Translations under genes and position numbers: made by a program
Shown: in pieces, positions 34,217 through 48,700 of the stretch
Layout of the letters: each line of letters begins with the position of its first letter
Numbering within the stretch: position 1 is the stretch's first letter
The notes under the pieces: model-generated
Databases searched by the model: none
Seen by the model: only the letters and a program-made list of their open reading frames with translations
What the model was told of the DNA's origin: nothing
Source: Bugula neritina
Taxonomy: Eukaryota; Animalia; Bryozoa
Length of the DNA: 64,000 nucleotides
Reading direction: 5' to 3'
Assembly (NCBI GenBank): GCA_964035545.1
Contig: OZ037770.1
Coordinates: 4,558,662 to 4,622,661 of the forward strand

Positions 34217-35640
34217 AACAGTGCAGACTGTGACACTGGCCACTTTTTTGCATGCTGCAAAATTAGGCTTCTACCAAAGCCGTTTTACCATACAAAAAAC
34301 TGGGCACTCTCGCATACATATTACTAACAAGCCATAACCTGACCTTGTGGATTAATTTTCTGATGTTTTTTCAAAAATAATTCTTTCCCTCACAGCCTGG
34401 AAAATCTGCCACAGAAAAGTGATAGGCTCTGTAAAACTCAATGCGCATTGCAGCCTTGACCACTTTTGGTAAAAAGACTTCAAAGTCGCATGATTGGTTT
34501 GATGCAAGGTCAACCGAGATGACACCGATCATTGAAGCTTACCATGCTACCTTGACAGAATACAAACGATCACCTAGTGACCAAAAACCTTCGTGTTCTG
34601 AGGGCTGCCAGGAGTAAAACTAGACAGAGCGCTAGGCGCTATGCCAATGAGTACTGGTCTGAGCTTGGAGAGGGTATCCAAAATGCACCGCAACAGTTAA
34701 CGTCAGAGCAATGTATGATGGCATCATGCAAGAAGGTAATAAGACCAATCTAAAGCAAGACAGCTCCTTTCAAACCTTCCACTAGAGAAGTTATCACTGA
34801 CAAAAGAAAGCAGATGGAGCAATGTTGACGAAACCACTGTGGATTACCTAATTATTATTGCCATTGATAGTTTGTCTTAGAGCAAGACACCTGGCAGTAA
34901 CACGCTATCTTTTGCTTACATCAAGTGCTGCAAAACTGATCTTTTGCACCCCCTGCATGAAGTTCTTTGTCAATGCTGGGAAGAAGTGCTGTGCCACAAG
35001 ACATGAGAGATGCAAACTTTACAAGAATGAGGGAGACAAAAAAGGTTTCAACAAATAAAAAGGCATTCTATCATACTACTCAGCATTATTGGCAAAGCAT
35101 TTGCCAAAGTCATTTTGGCTCGCCTACAGATACTACTAAACGGGTCTACCCGAGTGGCAGTGTGGTTTCCGTGCCGCACGCAATTGACATGATCTTCTCT
35201 TTGCGACAGCTCCAAGAGAGGTGTAAAAAGCAAAGGATGCCTTTTCATGTTGCCTTTGTCAAATTGACAAAGGCTTTTGTCCTGGTCAAGAGAAAGGGTT
35301 GCTAAAAATCCTTCCAAAGATCGGCCGCCCTTTAAAGCTGCAAAGCATGATAGACTCTTTTTGCAATAAAAGCCAAGGAGACAGCATTGTTTGACAGCAA
35401 CCTTTCGGAACTCTCCGACATATGAAGTGGCGTCAAACAAGGCTGCATTCTTGCACCAACACTCTTTGATGTCTACTTTGCCACGCTCTTAAAGCACGCT
35501 TTCGATAATACATCAGAAGGTATTTACCTACAAACTATATTGAATAATAAAACTTTTTAACTTTGCCTGACTCAGAGCCTCCAAAAAGGTTTTTCAAGTT
35601 GTCATCAAAAACATGCTGGTTGCTCATGATGCTGCTTTGA
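34217..35640 (+). mobile_element. RTE LINE 3' fragment (linker + RT up to the FADD motif), heavily decayed
   Basis: Resumes SADCDTGH (DCDTDH), HDWFD, ANEYW, IDMIFSLRQLQE, AFV.LTKAF, SGVKQGCILAPTLF, MLVAHDAAL. Confidence 0.82.
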
Positions 35641-36617
35641 TTTGAATCATTGCTTGCAATATAAGATTCAATGACTGTTGACATATGCCATGTGTTTTGT
35701 CGGTGAAACTTCAGGTTTAGGAGTTGTTTTCTCTCATAGCCCTATAATTATACTATATCAACTAACAAGGCAAAACTCTGTGGACATAAAATCGAATGAA
35801 CAACTAATTGAGAATCATTCAACACTCTTTGTTTAAAATATTATAATGCTGCTCACTAACACAGACTAACATGCATGATTGAATAACTTTTTAACAGACA
35901 TTGAGTATTTTTTTAAACAATAAAAATCCTAGGTGGTATAAATTAGCAAATTGTTAAACCCCTTAAGGTATTCTGCAGTTATGATCAACTATGACGAAGC
36001 CTACAGTTGAACTTAATTCTATTTCCTGTATTGCTCATCTAGAACCGGAACAGGCACATATGACAAGCTATGAGACTGTGTTTGAGGTAGGCAAGTGACC
36101 CCATGTCAATTGATACAACTTACACCATCTTTAGACTCAATATAAAATTATCTAGATATAAGAATGTGTGATGAACAAACCAATGTCACAAACATTACCA
36201 GATATGAATCAAAACCAGATAGTTTATCTCTCCAGGTCTGTTAGTTTACCTTGTCTTCATGTTTGTAATGATTAGCTAAAGCATCACTTCCAATATATAA
36301 CTTTTTTATTTATCAAAAATTATTAAACTTGCTTTGATGTCGATGAAATTATATATATATATATATATATATTTCAATGTATAATAATGTTTGTGAGAAT
36401 CGGTGAGAAAATACATAACGCACAACTTTCTTGCAAAAACATAAATAGTCATTACAGACAACAAATGGATCCTAGTGCATATAAAAAATATATATATAGA
36501 TCTTGTATATGCTTCGTATTTTTACAAATGATAATATTCTACACTATGTTTTCAATACCAAAATATGAACGTGGTCAAACAGTAATAGAGTATTCTAAGA
36601 AAAACATTCTTAACTTT

Positions 36618-39600
36618 TCACCCCATAATCCTGTATTTTAATTCAGAGTTGAGGAGTTGTCGTTCTTGTCTAGAGTTGGCTATCAGAGAGGAATTTTCAT
36701 GAGAACGTCTAGACAGATATGGCAAAGACTCACTGATTGTACCAACAGCCACTGATTTATACACAGGATATCCCTTTTGACCTAAATACAACAGAATATT
36801 GAGAATAAATATTTATTGACAAGCTTCTCGTATAGTTCGATGGAAGTTGTCTTCTTTTTAAAGAATATTTTTCCTGAAATAGGTATATATAGGTGGCTGA
36901 GTATTATAGGTTTAGATAGCTTGAAGGAATTACTAACTACAGAGGAAGGTATATTTTAACCGGTCAGGTTCCGTTGGGTTTTGAATTTTTACTGAGTTTA
37001 AAACGGTGCGACTTTGAATTTTATTGCATGATTCTCATCTGCATTGAAGAGTTTAAAGTTGATTTGTAACTTGACAAATTTTCCGGGTTTATAGTCGCTA
37101 ACCCTACAACAGTCCCAGATAGAAAAAGTAAACTACAATTTTCTCTTTTATGTTGTAAAAGAAATTTATGACTGAGTACCCTTCTTCAACTCACCAGTGG
37201 CCTTTGTATAAGATAGAACTGCTGTCTATATGCTTAATAAGCCTGTGCTTTAACCACTAGATCATGCTGCAATAGTTACACTTACCTAGAGTATATGTTA
37301 TGTGGTCACACATCCCATAAACCTGAGCAAGTATCACTTTCCTGTCTTCACTTGAAATACCATAACTTCTCATTCTACATGAGAATATTAATACTATAGC
37401 TATTTTAAGTTTATATAATACATTATGCATGCACATAGATATAATGTATATGGGCATTGCATCCGAGAGGAATGGATTATGTAAAGTTGTTAGTAATAAA
37501 ACATTTGATCAGTTTCCACCATAGCATGGACCAGCTACAATTAAACAGGTAAAACTATATCTACCTTTCTACAGCCTGTTTGATGGAATCTTGGTTATGA
37601 GAAGCGAGAACAAATCTGATTTGTCTCCCCTGGTTGCTGTTATCACGGATCTTCTGCAGTAGCCAGTTGGCTGTAGAGTTGTATGAGTTGTGTGTAGCTT
37701 GTATTCCATCGTGTACAGGACAAGGATGACCTTGACTTTTAGCTTCATTTTCCTCAGCTACCATGTATGCCCCCCTTACCAACTTAGCTGAAATATCAAA
37801 CACACAGTTTTTAGAACCTCAGCCTTCTGTTATATAGACAGCATGAAATTAAACAATTCTACATAATATACGTGTGAATCAGTCAAAAGGAAATAAATAA
37901 ACATTCCTAAGTAATTAAACAAATATAATATTGAACTATACTCATCTGTTGATAAAAGTTTTAAATTAGCTGCATTTTGTCAAAGTTTATATTATGAACA
38001 ATCTCATTTTAATATAAGTTAAGTGTTTTGTTTTTTACTTGAACCCAACATTGTAGAATCATAAGAGTACAATTGGATGCGTCAATAACTTTTAAAATTA
38101 AGGACATTGGAAGGTCACATGGATCCACAAAATAGAGTATAAACTGTAATAGATTATCTCAAATCAATCTTTAATCTAATATACAATATGTTTGTGATTG
38201 TGAAGCAGAATTTTCTATCAATTATTTATGTGTTTGCTAATTCAACCTATTGGGAATTTTAATTATTATTGATATACTTGGGAGTTGCCCTCTTAAATTC
38301 TGGTGAAGGCCAGAGTATAGACAACTCTAAGTATGCTAATTAGGTAATCAACTGGAAAACTGACTGACTCACCCCCATAGTGAAGGTTATTCTTCTCGGC
38401 AAAATTGAATTCCCACTGCAAGGCCTCAAATGACTTCTACAATGTGCAGGGAACAACCAACATAGTGTGCACACATGAAGAAATCTTTGTAGAATAGGTT
38501 ATACAATTACCAAAAATATATTTACATGGAGAAACAAAAACACATCTTCTGCACCTTGACAACCAATTTGGATCAAGTTTAAATGTTTAATAGAAAAAAT
38601 AATGAAAGAAAGACAACTTTTGTTTGGTCTGTAAATCCACATTCTGAAACTTACTATCTGTAGCTAACAGCAGTCTAACCTTGAGATAGCATTGTGTTGT
38701 GTTCCAAACAACAGCCTTAGTCCTATTACACACTAGACTGAGAGCCATGGCCAAAGCTGTGAGAGCCGGGTTCGTGTTGGTATACTCAGCGTCTACCATC
38801 AACACGGTATCCGTGGCAACAGCTTTCTGTCCCACTTCACTGAGCAGAATCAGCCCCGACAGCATTTCTGGGACGATGCCAGAAGCCCCAGGTGTCTCCG
38901 CTAGCCACCTCAAGGTGTCTACAGGTACAGCCTATGTGCTGTATAATGCAGTAGAAGTAGTTATGAATATCAGGACAGTTCTTGGTTAATATTTGGATTA
39001 TTTGAAATGAGTCAACAAACTTATCTAATATGACAAAACCCACAGAAGTTTAAAGTCACTATCCTTGATGGTAAAGAACATTTTAAAAGCTGGCTGAAGA
39101 CTTAAATTATTATGTGGTACACTAGTAAAATCACACATGACCTTTACTGGAAATTGACCCCATCACCTTGGTGTTACTAAATCAGCAAAATAACCCATAA
39201 GCTACTGCTGCTTCCTAACATATTTATATGATAAGCAGAAGGTATAATAATATGCAGATTTGGTGAAGTCTATAAGTTTTTTAAACTGATATCTTTGAGT
39301 TTTACAATTGGAACGTAGACTCTGCACTCCAAACCAAGACACATGATCACGGTATAGGAACTTGAGCTATGCTCATACAAGGCATAGACCTAAAGGACAT
39401 CTCAGATTACAGTTTATCACTACCTCTCAGTACTACAGCTAGGACTATCAGGACTATCAAGAGAAAAGATTTAATGTAAACCAGTTACAACTGGCTTCAA
39501 CCAAAACATTGTTATGTGTAAATTCTTTCCCAATGAAAGCTGTCACTGAGACATGAAAATATAATAGCTCATGATAAGCTGACTGACAGCACAATACTAT

Positions 39601-42600
39601 GGAAACTGAAAAACCCATTTGCTATGAATTATAATATTTATTTTGTAACGAATCTAAAATCTGCCAGCCTACACTGCAAATGCTCTTATATAATTGAGAG
39701 CTCCTCCCCCTCCCCCTACACTATGCTTTTATTGTATAACCCCCTTTTCCCCTTCCTACACCACTTACGCTCACTGCATGTCCATCATTGCATTATGTGA
39801 ATGAATTGTTCGTTTGGTCAACATGCAGAAACAACTACTTTGAATGAAACCACAACCATAAGTTAATACAAACTACAAGCACAATTTAATCTGTTATCAT
39901 AATGGCAGCCAAGCTCTTTGGTGTAGAATGTTCTAGAAATATAATGAATTAACTATGGGGTTGTTTAAATACACAATGGCGTTGTTTCCATGACAACAAA
40001 GTCCATCTACATTCACACTAAATATTACATTATCTTGATTGTTATTCTTAAACTTGTGTAAGTCTTGTAAGTCTATGTAAACTCATGTAATTTTTGATTG
40101 TTTTTTTTCAAGTTCTCAAATATAATTCACATTTCCTATAAAGTGTATAAAGTGTATATATATATATATTTGCAGTTGAAGTTGAATTTTATGATTTCTA
40201 GTTCAAAGTTTAGGTGCATAGCGAAATTAGGTTACCGTTATAGTAATATATAGGTAAAAACCAAAACATTATATAAAAAGAACTACAGCCTTAAAAATGA
40301 ATCAAAACCTAAATTATAGCCCAAGTCCTAACAGACTAAAAGAAATATCAGATGTTATACCAGGGTTGTGGGTGCGCATGTACTCAGCTGAACTATAAAT
40401 AACTTTCTCTCTCACTTCATCAGACAGTAGGGACAGGGACTTCTGTTCAAATACAATAATAATATATCTTATAAGTATATCAAGACATTTCTTTGAACAG
40501 ATGTCTTAAATTATAATTAGACAATTGAAATTTTTAATGCTTTCACAAACGTAACATACATATATTTTCTCAGGATAAATCTAATTCCGTTGAACTAAAT
40601 GCCAAGTTTTACCAATTAAAATACCGAAACCAGAACTCGTAGCTGAAACACCAAAGCAAGCAGTGAACTCACCAACAGGTGTGAAGTGAACATAGCAGAA
40701 ATACGAATTTGCATGTAGGAGCCGTACGGAGTTATCTTTTCAGTAATACCTTCCATCATTTTGATTATGTTTTTAGCATTGCCATTAGCTTCCTCCACCC
40801 TTTAAAGCAATATATTTCTATTGCAAAACTTGAATAGAGCCAATAATAAACAACTGAAAATGAAGTCATTTTTTATTCTTAGTTTGCAGTCACAGTTGTC
40901 GTTTTGATATAAAGATACAAAATATTGTTATTAAAAACTTTTGTAATAAAAAGACGCTGATGTATCACTGATGATAAAGTACATCATATGACGTGTGTAG
41001 ATCCCAAAAGTAACAGTTATATAAGATAAAAGTCAAACATGTTATATAAATTTGAATTGAATACGTTATATAACATTTGCTGATACCTTATGACACATTG
41101 TCAAGCATACAGTATAATTGGGCTGCATGCACTGCAAAAAGCTTTAATGTGAAGCTTGCTATGTTAATTATAATCAGCAAAGTACTGAATCAGATCACAT
41201 CTCAGATCAAGTCACAGTTCAAGTCAATTATGGCAATGCATGACTTTATAGTGTTTATTGAATTGAAAATACAGTGTAACCAATGAATTGCTCTAACCGA
41301 ATTTATCACAGTTTCTATAAAAGTTTTTTTTGTAATCATAGTACCAAAAACTCAAGCAACAGATAGTTCAAGTGCTTGCTATAAAGTTATTAAATACAAG
41401 TTTATCGATTCTATACTTTATAAAACTTTATAAAACATATTACACCACATTACACCAAGAGGTCTAGTCGATAATTGCAATAATACGCACTTGCTCAAAA
41501 CTTAACTCATTCCAGAACATTTTTGAAGTCAAGTTGCATATAGTCAACACTCTAACTAAGTCCACAGGTGAGTTGAATAAAATTAGCTTAAATAAACTCT
41601 GAGAATTAGTAAGTCATTTAGCTGTCCCATGCATAAAGAAGGCAGACAACTTAAAAATAGTTCTTAGGTATTTCATGAACTACACATTGCTACGCTTCGG
41701 GCCGTCATATACCAACCCTCTAATCTACTTGAAAGAGAAAAGAAACTTACTCGTCTATGGCCTCCAATACCATTAGAACAAATGTGCCACAGTTGGCTTT
41801 AGCCAGTTTATCAATATTATACCTAACATCGGCTATAGTCACACCCCCAACAAACTGGTCATAGAACAAAGGTTTTACAACGGCAGAAGACAGTCTTTTA
41901 CCCAGAATTCTCTGTGTCCTTTCAAATATCTGTAACAAAACAATTGCTGCTCAATACTCTACAAATATTTCCCAACTGAGACATAATAATATATGTACAG
42001 AACTAACAACATTCTATAACATTGTTCCACCTTTATATTATATCTGTTTAAATTACTGAGTGAAGCGCATCACCAATTGATGTGATGGTAAAGGTAACTG
42101 ATATTATTGACTTCGATAATATTGCTAAAGAATATTTTATTCATTTTTTTATTTACTTTGCTTTCTATAAAATTGCATAATAATTGGCGAATTTTCAAGT
42201 TTTACTTGTTAAGAGTTGTATGCTCCTGCCACTTACCACAATATTATATTGAGTTATCAGAAGCACAATGAGATGTAAATTATATTAAACTGTCATATCA
42301 CATTGTGCAATTTTACAACTTCACTATAATAAGATAATGATGTGCAATATTATATAAAGTTGTGGTGTTTTGTAATACAATACCCTATATAATTTACAAA
42401 ATAAGTTTCAAAAGTAACGTAAAGCGAGACTTAGTATGTAACACATAACCTCTGCTGATCTGCTCACAACTGTCCTGTTGGAACAAACTCTGAAGACTGT
42501 CAGAGCTCTCACAATCTCCCACAATGACTTCTCTTTGAAAGCTTGCTTGTGATCAGTGAAATCCAAATCTGCAACTGGAGATGTCGCTGTATCTTCTGCA

Positions 42601-42704
42601 GCTGTTTCTTGATTGATTAAAACTGCCTTTTGCTGACGGGGCAAGACAGTTGATAGATATTTCTGCTGCCGAAAATGTCGGGCAGAGAGCTTGAGAAAAG
42701 ACAT
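36618..42704 (-). CDS. PRODH2: Proline/hydroxyproline dehydrogenase, PRODH2 (HYPDH)-like, 9 exons, 473 aa
   Basis: Exons 42704-42450, 41929-41751, 40799-40673, 40442-40361, 38918-38680, 38436-38373, 37787-37565, 37374-37286, 36781-36618, all GT-AG and in phase. Motifs LDF.D..AF..KS, QFVGG, VDAEYT.NPAL, WNT.QCYLK, KLVRGAYM, ASHN, GMCDH, YKS, PYLSRR.EN. N-terminus resembles a mitochondrial presequence. Confidence 0.9.
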
Positions 42705-44126
42705 TACTGGACAAGTCAAAATCTGAGTGCAAATTAAACTTGTTTTACAAAACAATGTTGTGGGAGAATCTAATGTCAGCTGTCAAGTGTGGTTACTGCA
42801 GAGTGTGTTGTACTGTGGACAGTAAACTTCTAACACTCAGTTTGATTGGCTTAACAGGAGTGTCTGGTCAGTTACTTACAACAAACCGGACACTGTGTAA
42901 CATATTAATATAACACTGAAGTAAAGATTTACACTATAATCTAATTATAATATTATTTGCCTACATCAGTCTTGGTATATTTAGCTCCCTTCCAAGGACT
43001 GCATTGTGCAAACGATTTTCTCATTGATGCATGGGGACAAATCCATTCAAACGGTTCTATCAAATGAAAATGATGCGAAGCTGATTTATGTATCGATGCC
43101 CTTTAACCTTTTGGTGCGAAGCCTTTCAATCAAGTCGGATAAACTCTTTTGTCGCAGAGGCAGAGATCGGTAATCGTACTGGCTCTAGTTACATAGTTAC
43201 AAGATGTAAGCAATAAAATTCTCCAACTACGACTAAAAACTAAAATGTTATTTCACAACCAATTTGAACAAATTATTTCATGTATTTTAGCTGCCATTAT
43301 TTTAAATAATTATTTATTACTGTAAATCTTTGTTATTTTTCTGTAATGTAAAGAATTAAACTTCCAATGACTAAAACAAGCCAACGGCTAGTTTCAAAGT
43401 AAGCTTCATTCTGAAAACTGTTAGTAAGCCTTCATAATTTTATGCACCATGAAAAGTAAGGCATTCATCTGTTAAAACCTCTATAGTTTAAAAAAAAGTT
43501 TGACGCAATGAATTTAATTTGGCAAAAACCAAGATAGAGTGAGTGGCGTAAAGTACCATGAAGTAGTAGCACTGACTCGATATTAGCCATATTATCTATC
43601 GGCAATATGCCGCCGCAGGAGTGCGTGTTTTGCTGGCAAAATTATTGGGCTGAATAGTCTTAGAGCACATCATTTCAAGAAAAGACAACTTCATACGGAT
43701 TACCCGCAGTATTGTGCTCCTTTTATTCTGTTTAACCCGGGCAGGAATATTTGTGAAAAGGTAGTTAGTCTGCTGTAAAAGCTTAATATAAATTAAAAAT
43801 AAAATTTCATTGCAGCAACTTGGATATATGACTATGAAGTTATATGCACCTACATGTCAACTGAAAGTTTTATTTTTGTGTTTAATAACAACTTTTGGAA
43901 ATTCATGGTGTCTTTAAAATAATTACAACATAAATTTTGTGCATCAGTTTGAAATTGCTTGTTTTTAATCCTAAATGTTAGCTATATTCTAAAATCAGTG
44001 TCAAGAATGGTGGTGTCATCACTGCATGCAAGAAATGCTGTTTCATTGATTTCTGTTTAATTTTGATATTTTATGCTATTATGTGATGAAGCCTCAGAGT
44101 TTAACTGTTAGTGCACCAACTGTGAG

Positions 44127-44254
44127 TACTACTACTACTACTACTACTACTACTACCACTACTACTACTACTGCTACTACTACCACTACCACTACTACTA
44201 CTACTACTGCTACTGCTGCTACTACTACTACTACTACTATTACTGCTACTGCTG

Positions 44255-44324
<70 letters not shown>

Positions 44325-44421
44325 CACTACCACTACTACTACTACTACTACTACTAATAGTACTAGTACTACTGCTTCTACTACTACTCTGATTACAGCC
44401 ACTATGACTACTGCTACTACC
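44127..44421. repeat. (ACT)n microsatellite
   Basis: Long imperfect ACT/ACC/GCT run; the poly-Thr and poly-Val ORFs are artefacts of it. Confidence 0.97.
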
Positions 44422-44551
44422 ACCAGATCAAAATTGTCATTGACACATTGTTCAATACAAGACTAAAGAAATGAATTACTCAAATTTATGAAATAATATT
44501 TTATTTTGGTTCACTTTGCATAGAGAAAATATAAATACTAATGAAATGGGT

Positions 44552-46637
44552 TCAGAGATTAAACTTCCGACGGCTGGTATCCATTTCATGTCTCTTGTGC
44601 ATCCATTCATATTCACCGAACTTGGAGTCAAACGTCCCCTTCTGAATGGAACGCAGTTTGAGTGTGAATCTTGGGCCAAGCTCGTGCAAACCACACTTCT
44701 TCTCATTGCGGAACTGAAAATGATATACAGTAGTAGTAGTAGAGCAGTGTTTGAACTATACATTATAATATATAATATAATTTATACAATAATACAGCAG
44801 CTTTAGCTAACATAATAATGATAATTTGAAGTAAAATATTTTATATAATACACAGATATCTATTCAACAAGAAAATACTGATCTCCAATGGTATCTGGAT
44901 TATTGAGTACAAACTTGATATCTCTAGTGTTTAGCTAGTTTCACAATTTAGTAGCTAATGTATATTTTTTTTGTCCCCTTCTAAGAAAATTTTAATAAAT
45001 ACAATGAAAGTATGAGGGTTTTATCAAATTTTGCTTGAATTCCCATGTTTGAACCTAACTTTTTAATAAATTGGGAGATGAGGACCACAAGGAAAAAACC
45101 ATCTCCCAACTCCAAATCCGAGAATCCCTCACTACTGCACTCAGTTACACGCATCACGGAACTGCTTGCAGAATGATTCAACTAAAACCACCATTAGCAC
45201 AAGTTCTAATTCATTATTTTTTGAAATGGCTGGGGTGCTTGCTACATTTTATTCAATCTAAAGCTGCATGTACACTGGTTGATTTTTTCAGCCGATTTTG
45301 TATTTTTATTCCCCCTCCCCCCCTTATCTCCCTGCTTGCGTTTTATTGGCTGACGGCTCTCCGTCTATATAACTTTCTTCTAGGTTCATGCGCAGAGGTC
45401 AAGATGCTAACACTGGTTGCATGAATATAAAAAGTAAAACTACAAGTTATAAATTATGTTATAAATGAGTAAAAGTTAAGAATAATACCACATGTTTGTT
45501 CGGATGTTCTAATAAATAAAAACTGAATAAAATAAACTGGCTGCGTATAATTTGTTGACAGCTTGCTGCCTTTGAAAGCTGCGTAAAAATGTATCACTAA
45601 TTGTAGTATTAAATTAAAAATCAAATAGCTGGCTTGGTAGCTATTTATTTAACAATATTTACTAACTATAATTATCCATAAATTACTAAGCTACACTATT
45701 AACATCTCTCACCAATTTTTTTAAGCTAATTAGTTTAAAACTAGAAGTTCAACTCAAGCGTTATTTTTTAAAGAGTTGATGAAAACTTCTGATTGCAGCA
45801 AATCTGTTCTCCAAGAAAATATCTAAATTATAAAGTTGAGATACTCATACTAATACTGGTTACATGAATATAAAATTAGCAAAATTTAAACTACAAGTTT
45901 GAAGTTATAAATTATAATTTACATTAGTAAAAGTTAAGAATAATAATAATTTTCTATTTAGAAAAAGAGCAATGTTTAAGGAATTTCCACGAAAGTGAAA
46001 CTAACTTTCAAAGTTACACAACAACCAATGCGTTGTTATTACTACTATTGCTATTGATAGTTATTGTAATTAATTTTATTTTGTAAATGATGTATCGTAG
46101 TGATAGCAACGTATTAGTTACTTCCTGGTTGTATTTCAACAATGGTGCTAATTTCACTCGCTGTCATGATTTTCTGCCACCTTTTGATTGGCTGGCTTAA
46201 CAGAAAATCGGCGAAAAATTGATCATGTTCAATTCTGAAAATCGCTTCAAAAATCGGGCAAAAGCAAAAATCGCCGATTAATTTAGAAATCCTAAAAAGT
46301 CGAGAACAGTAAATCGCTGTGTACATGCAGCTTAAAGGAAAGATGCTGCCATTTTCCATTATTTCTAAACTAATGGGGTTTCTCTACTTTAATTCAACAA
46401 CTCTAACCCACAACTAATCTAAAAACAACTGTCCCTCACCTGATATCTGTGATGTCTAAAGAAGATGAAGTCTCTTTGATTGTGAAACGTGATGACCCTG
46501 CGACCATTGAACTGAGGGTCATGAGGGAACAACGAGGCAAACATCCTTCCCACGGTCAGCCCTAGCCTTGTGTTGAAGTTGTTGAGTATTACCTCTGGAA
46601 GATGGGACGTCGTCTCCCCAGCCTTCTTTATTTCAGT
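44552..46637 (-). CDS. RPF1: Ribosome production factor 1 (Brix domain), last two exons only
   Basis: Exon 46637-46440: [55 protein letters not shown]. Exon 44713-44552: [53 protein letters not shown]. Phase-0 GT-AG junction. Missed by the ORF track. Confidence 0.92.
45262..46332. mobile_element. PIF/Harbinger-type non-autonomous element (MITE) in the RPF1 intron
   Basis: Perfect 14-bp TIR AGCTGCATGTACAC; 3-bp TSD TAA (45259-45261, 46333-46335). Confidence 0.82.
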
Positions 46638-48700
46638 CTGAAACGAGAAACATCATAGCAAATAGCTGTGGAGATGCTGGATTACTTATTGTTTATGTGT
46701 ACCCTTAATATAGCTATAGGTAGTCCACCAGTATGTCTCCGTGTTAGTTGAAACATATCTTTACATGGATAAGTCCATACTATACAGTGTGATAACATTG
46801 TATTGGCCATGCCCATTCCCTTATATTATCAATACGCAGTCAGCTACATACTATGACCTTGTTACGTAATAGAATACAAGTATGTCAGGCATCATACCAA
46901 CTAAGCAACAGGAAGTAACAAGAGAGGACAACATCAAATTGAATCGAAATCAATGTCAACATCCAATATTCCTCTAAAAAGATGGAATTAAACTAAATTG
47001 TGCGCTTTTATTTTCACGACTTTCAATCAAAAATTTGATTTTGTCGACTTGAAAATTTCACCGAGTTGAATTGCATTGGAAAAGCCACTCATCAAATCTT
47101 TTCACTTGCGACAACTTAATTAGCCGAATTTAGAATAACAATCAGTGGGGAAGATAACTCCTTGTAGAAATCGATATTCAATGATGACTTTAGAGACTGG
47201 ATGACATACTTATAGTATGTTTATAATTATATTGTCTAAGTTTTCTCAATTATTGCATTAATGATGTCAACTTGACAAATTCACTACAGTTTCAAATGGC
47301 ATCAACTAACTAACTTAGAAAGGGAGTTTCCACATCAATATGATTTCAATGGGTTTCAGTTTTTAACTATAAAGGGGTACTCAGCCGAGTGAAATTGACT
47401 GAAACTCAGTAATTTAATATATTAAAAAAATTAAAGAACTTAGGCTATCTCCATTTCTCTACTACTGCTCCTAAATGCTTTATAAGTTTAGGTTTAGAAG
47501 TAAAAGGTTAAGTCCTTCAAAGAAAGTGACTTATTTAACTATACGACTTATTAGAACACAGGTTATTCTGAATTTCCAAATGACTGCCCCTACTTTGAGA
47601 TGAAACCCCAGGTACTGGTCACCTTAGCCTACTTTTCAAACATGTCTCACTACAAGAGGGGGCCCAGGTAAGAGCCCAGAGTGAAACTGATAAACTGAGT
47701 TGTGGGAAACAAGGAAGTTTCATTCTCTCAGACTGGGAGAGTAGCAGCTCAAACTCACATGAAAACTGACCAATGGAAAACCAGAAATCAAAGAGTATTA
47801 GCCTGTGAATGTAACTGAGTGTAATTTACTGGGTTGGAGCTAAGGCTAACAAATATATTCCAACTACAAACAATTATTGCTGAAACCACTGAAGTGATGC
47901 TACAGCATAGAAAGTGTAATCAACTATGTGAAATATCAACAGAGAAATAATACATCGTAATTAAATTTAAATAAGTTTGTGCCATCCACTACTTTTACTG
48001 TCATTACAGAGCTTGGTAACCTTGCATTAATCAAGAAATAGCGTATTATGTACGTTTTATCTATATTGTTCTCTACTAGAAAAGATAAAAACCTATGACT
48101 TAAGCATAGAATTCTTTTAAGAGAAAACAAGAGTCAATATCTGGTTAGTATCAAGGAAACAAGGACTATGATATTGTAGACTTTTGTTTAGTGGTTTGTG
48201 CAGTGCTACATGATAGAATGAATAATTAGTCCATGATAGTGTTACTTTAGTACTTATATAAAGGCTACTAGCATTGGGAGTGATCAGTCAGTGAGCGACT
48301 CAGATACTCAGTGAGTGAGTTTATTAAATAGTAATTCAAACAACCTGCAGGACCCATTCACTGATTAAACTAATGGATATCCAAGCCAGTTAATGAATTA
48401 CAGAATGAATATACAAATATCTCATTTAAATCAAAACTCAAATCAGTGTAGGCCTGTCAGAACAAGTCAACAAGTGAAAACCTCACAGCTAGAAATCTAC
48501 AGAATAATTCTGAAGGGTATAAAATGTCTCACTGTGAGAGGAAAGTAACAGGAAATGAAATAAACTCATGTCACGGAATATCAATATAATGCACTTTCCT
48601 TTGCAAGGGAAATGAAGCCCTGACTTTGATATTCATAAAAGCAACATTTCTAACATAAATACAATGAGTATACAAGAGTGTAAAGATACAAATATTTTAC

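Noticed and set aside
44083-44466. Poly-Thr mucin-like and poly-Val ORFs
   Set aside because: Translations of an (ACT)n microsatellite with no supporting gene structure.
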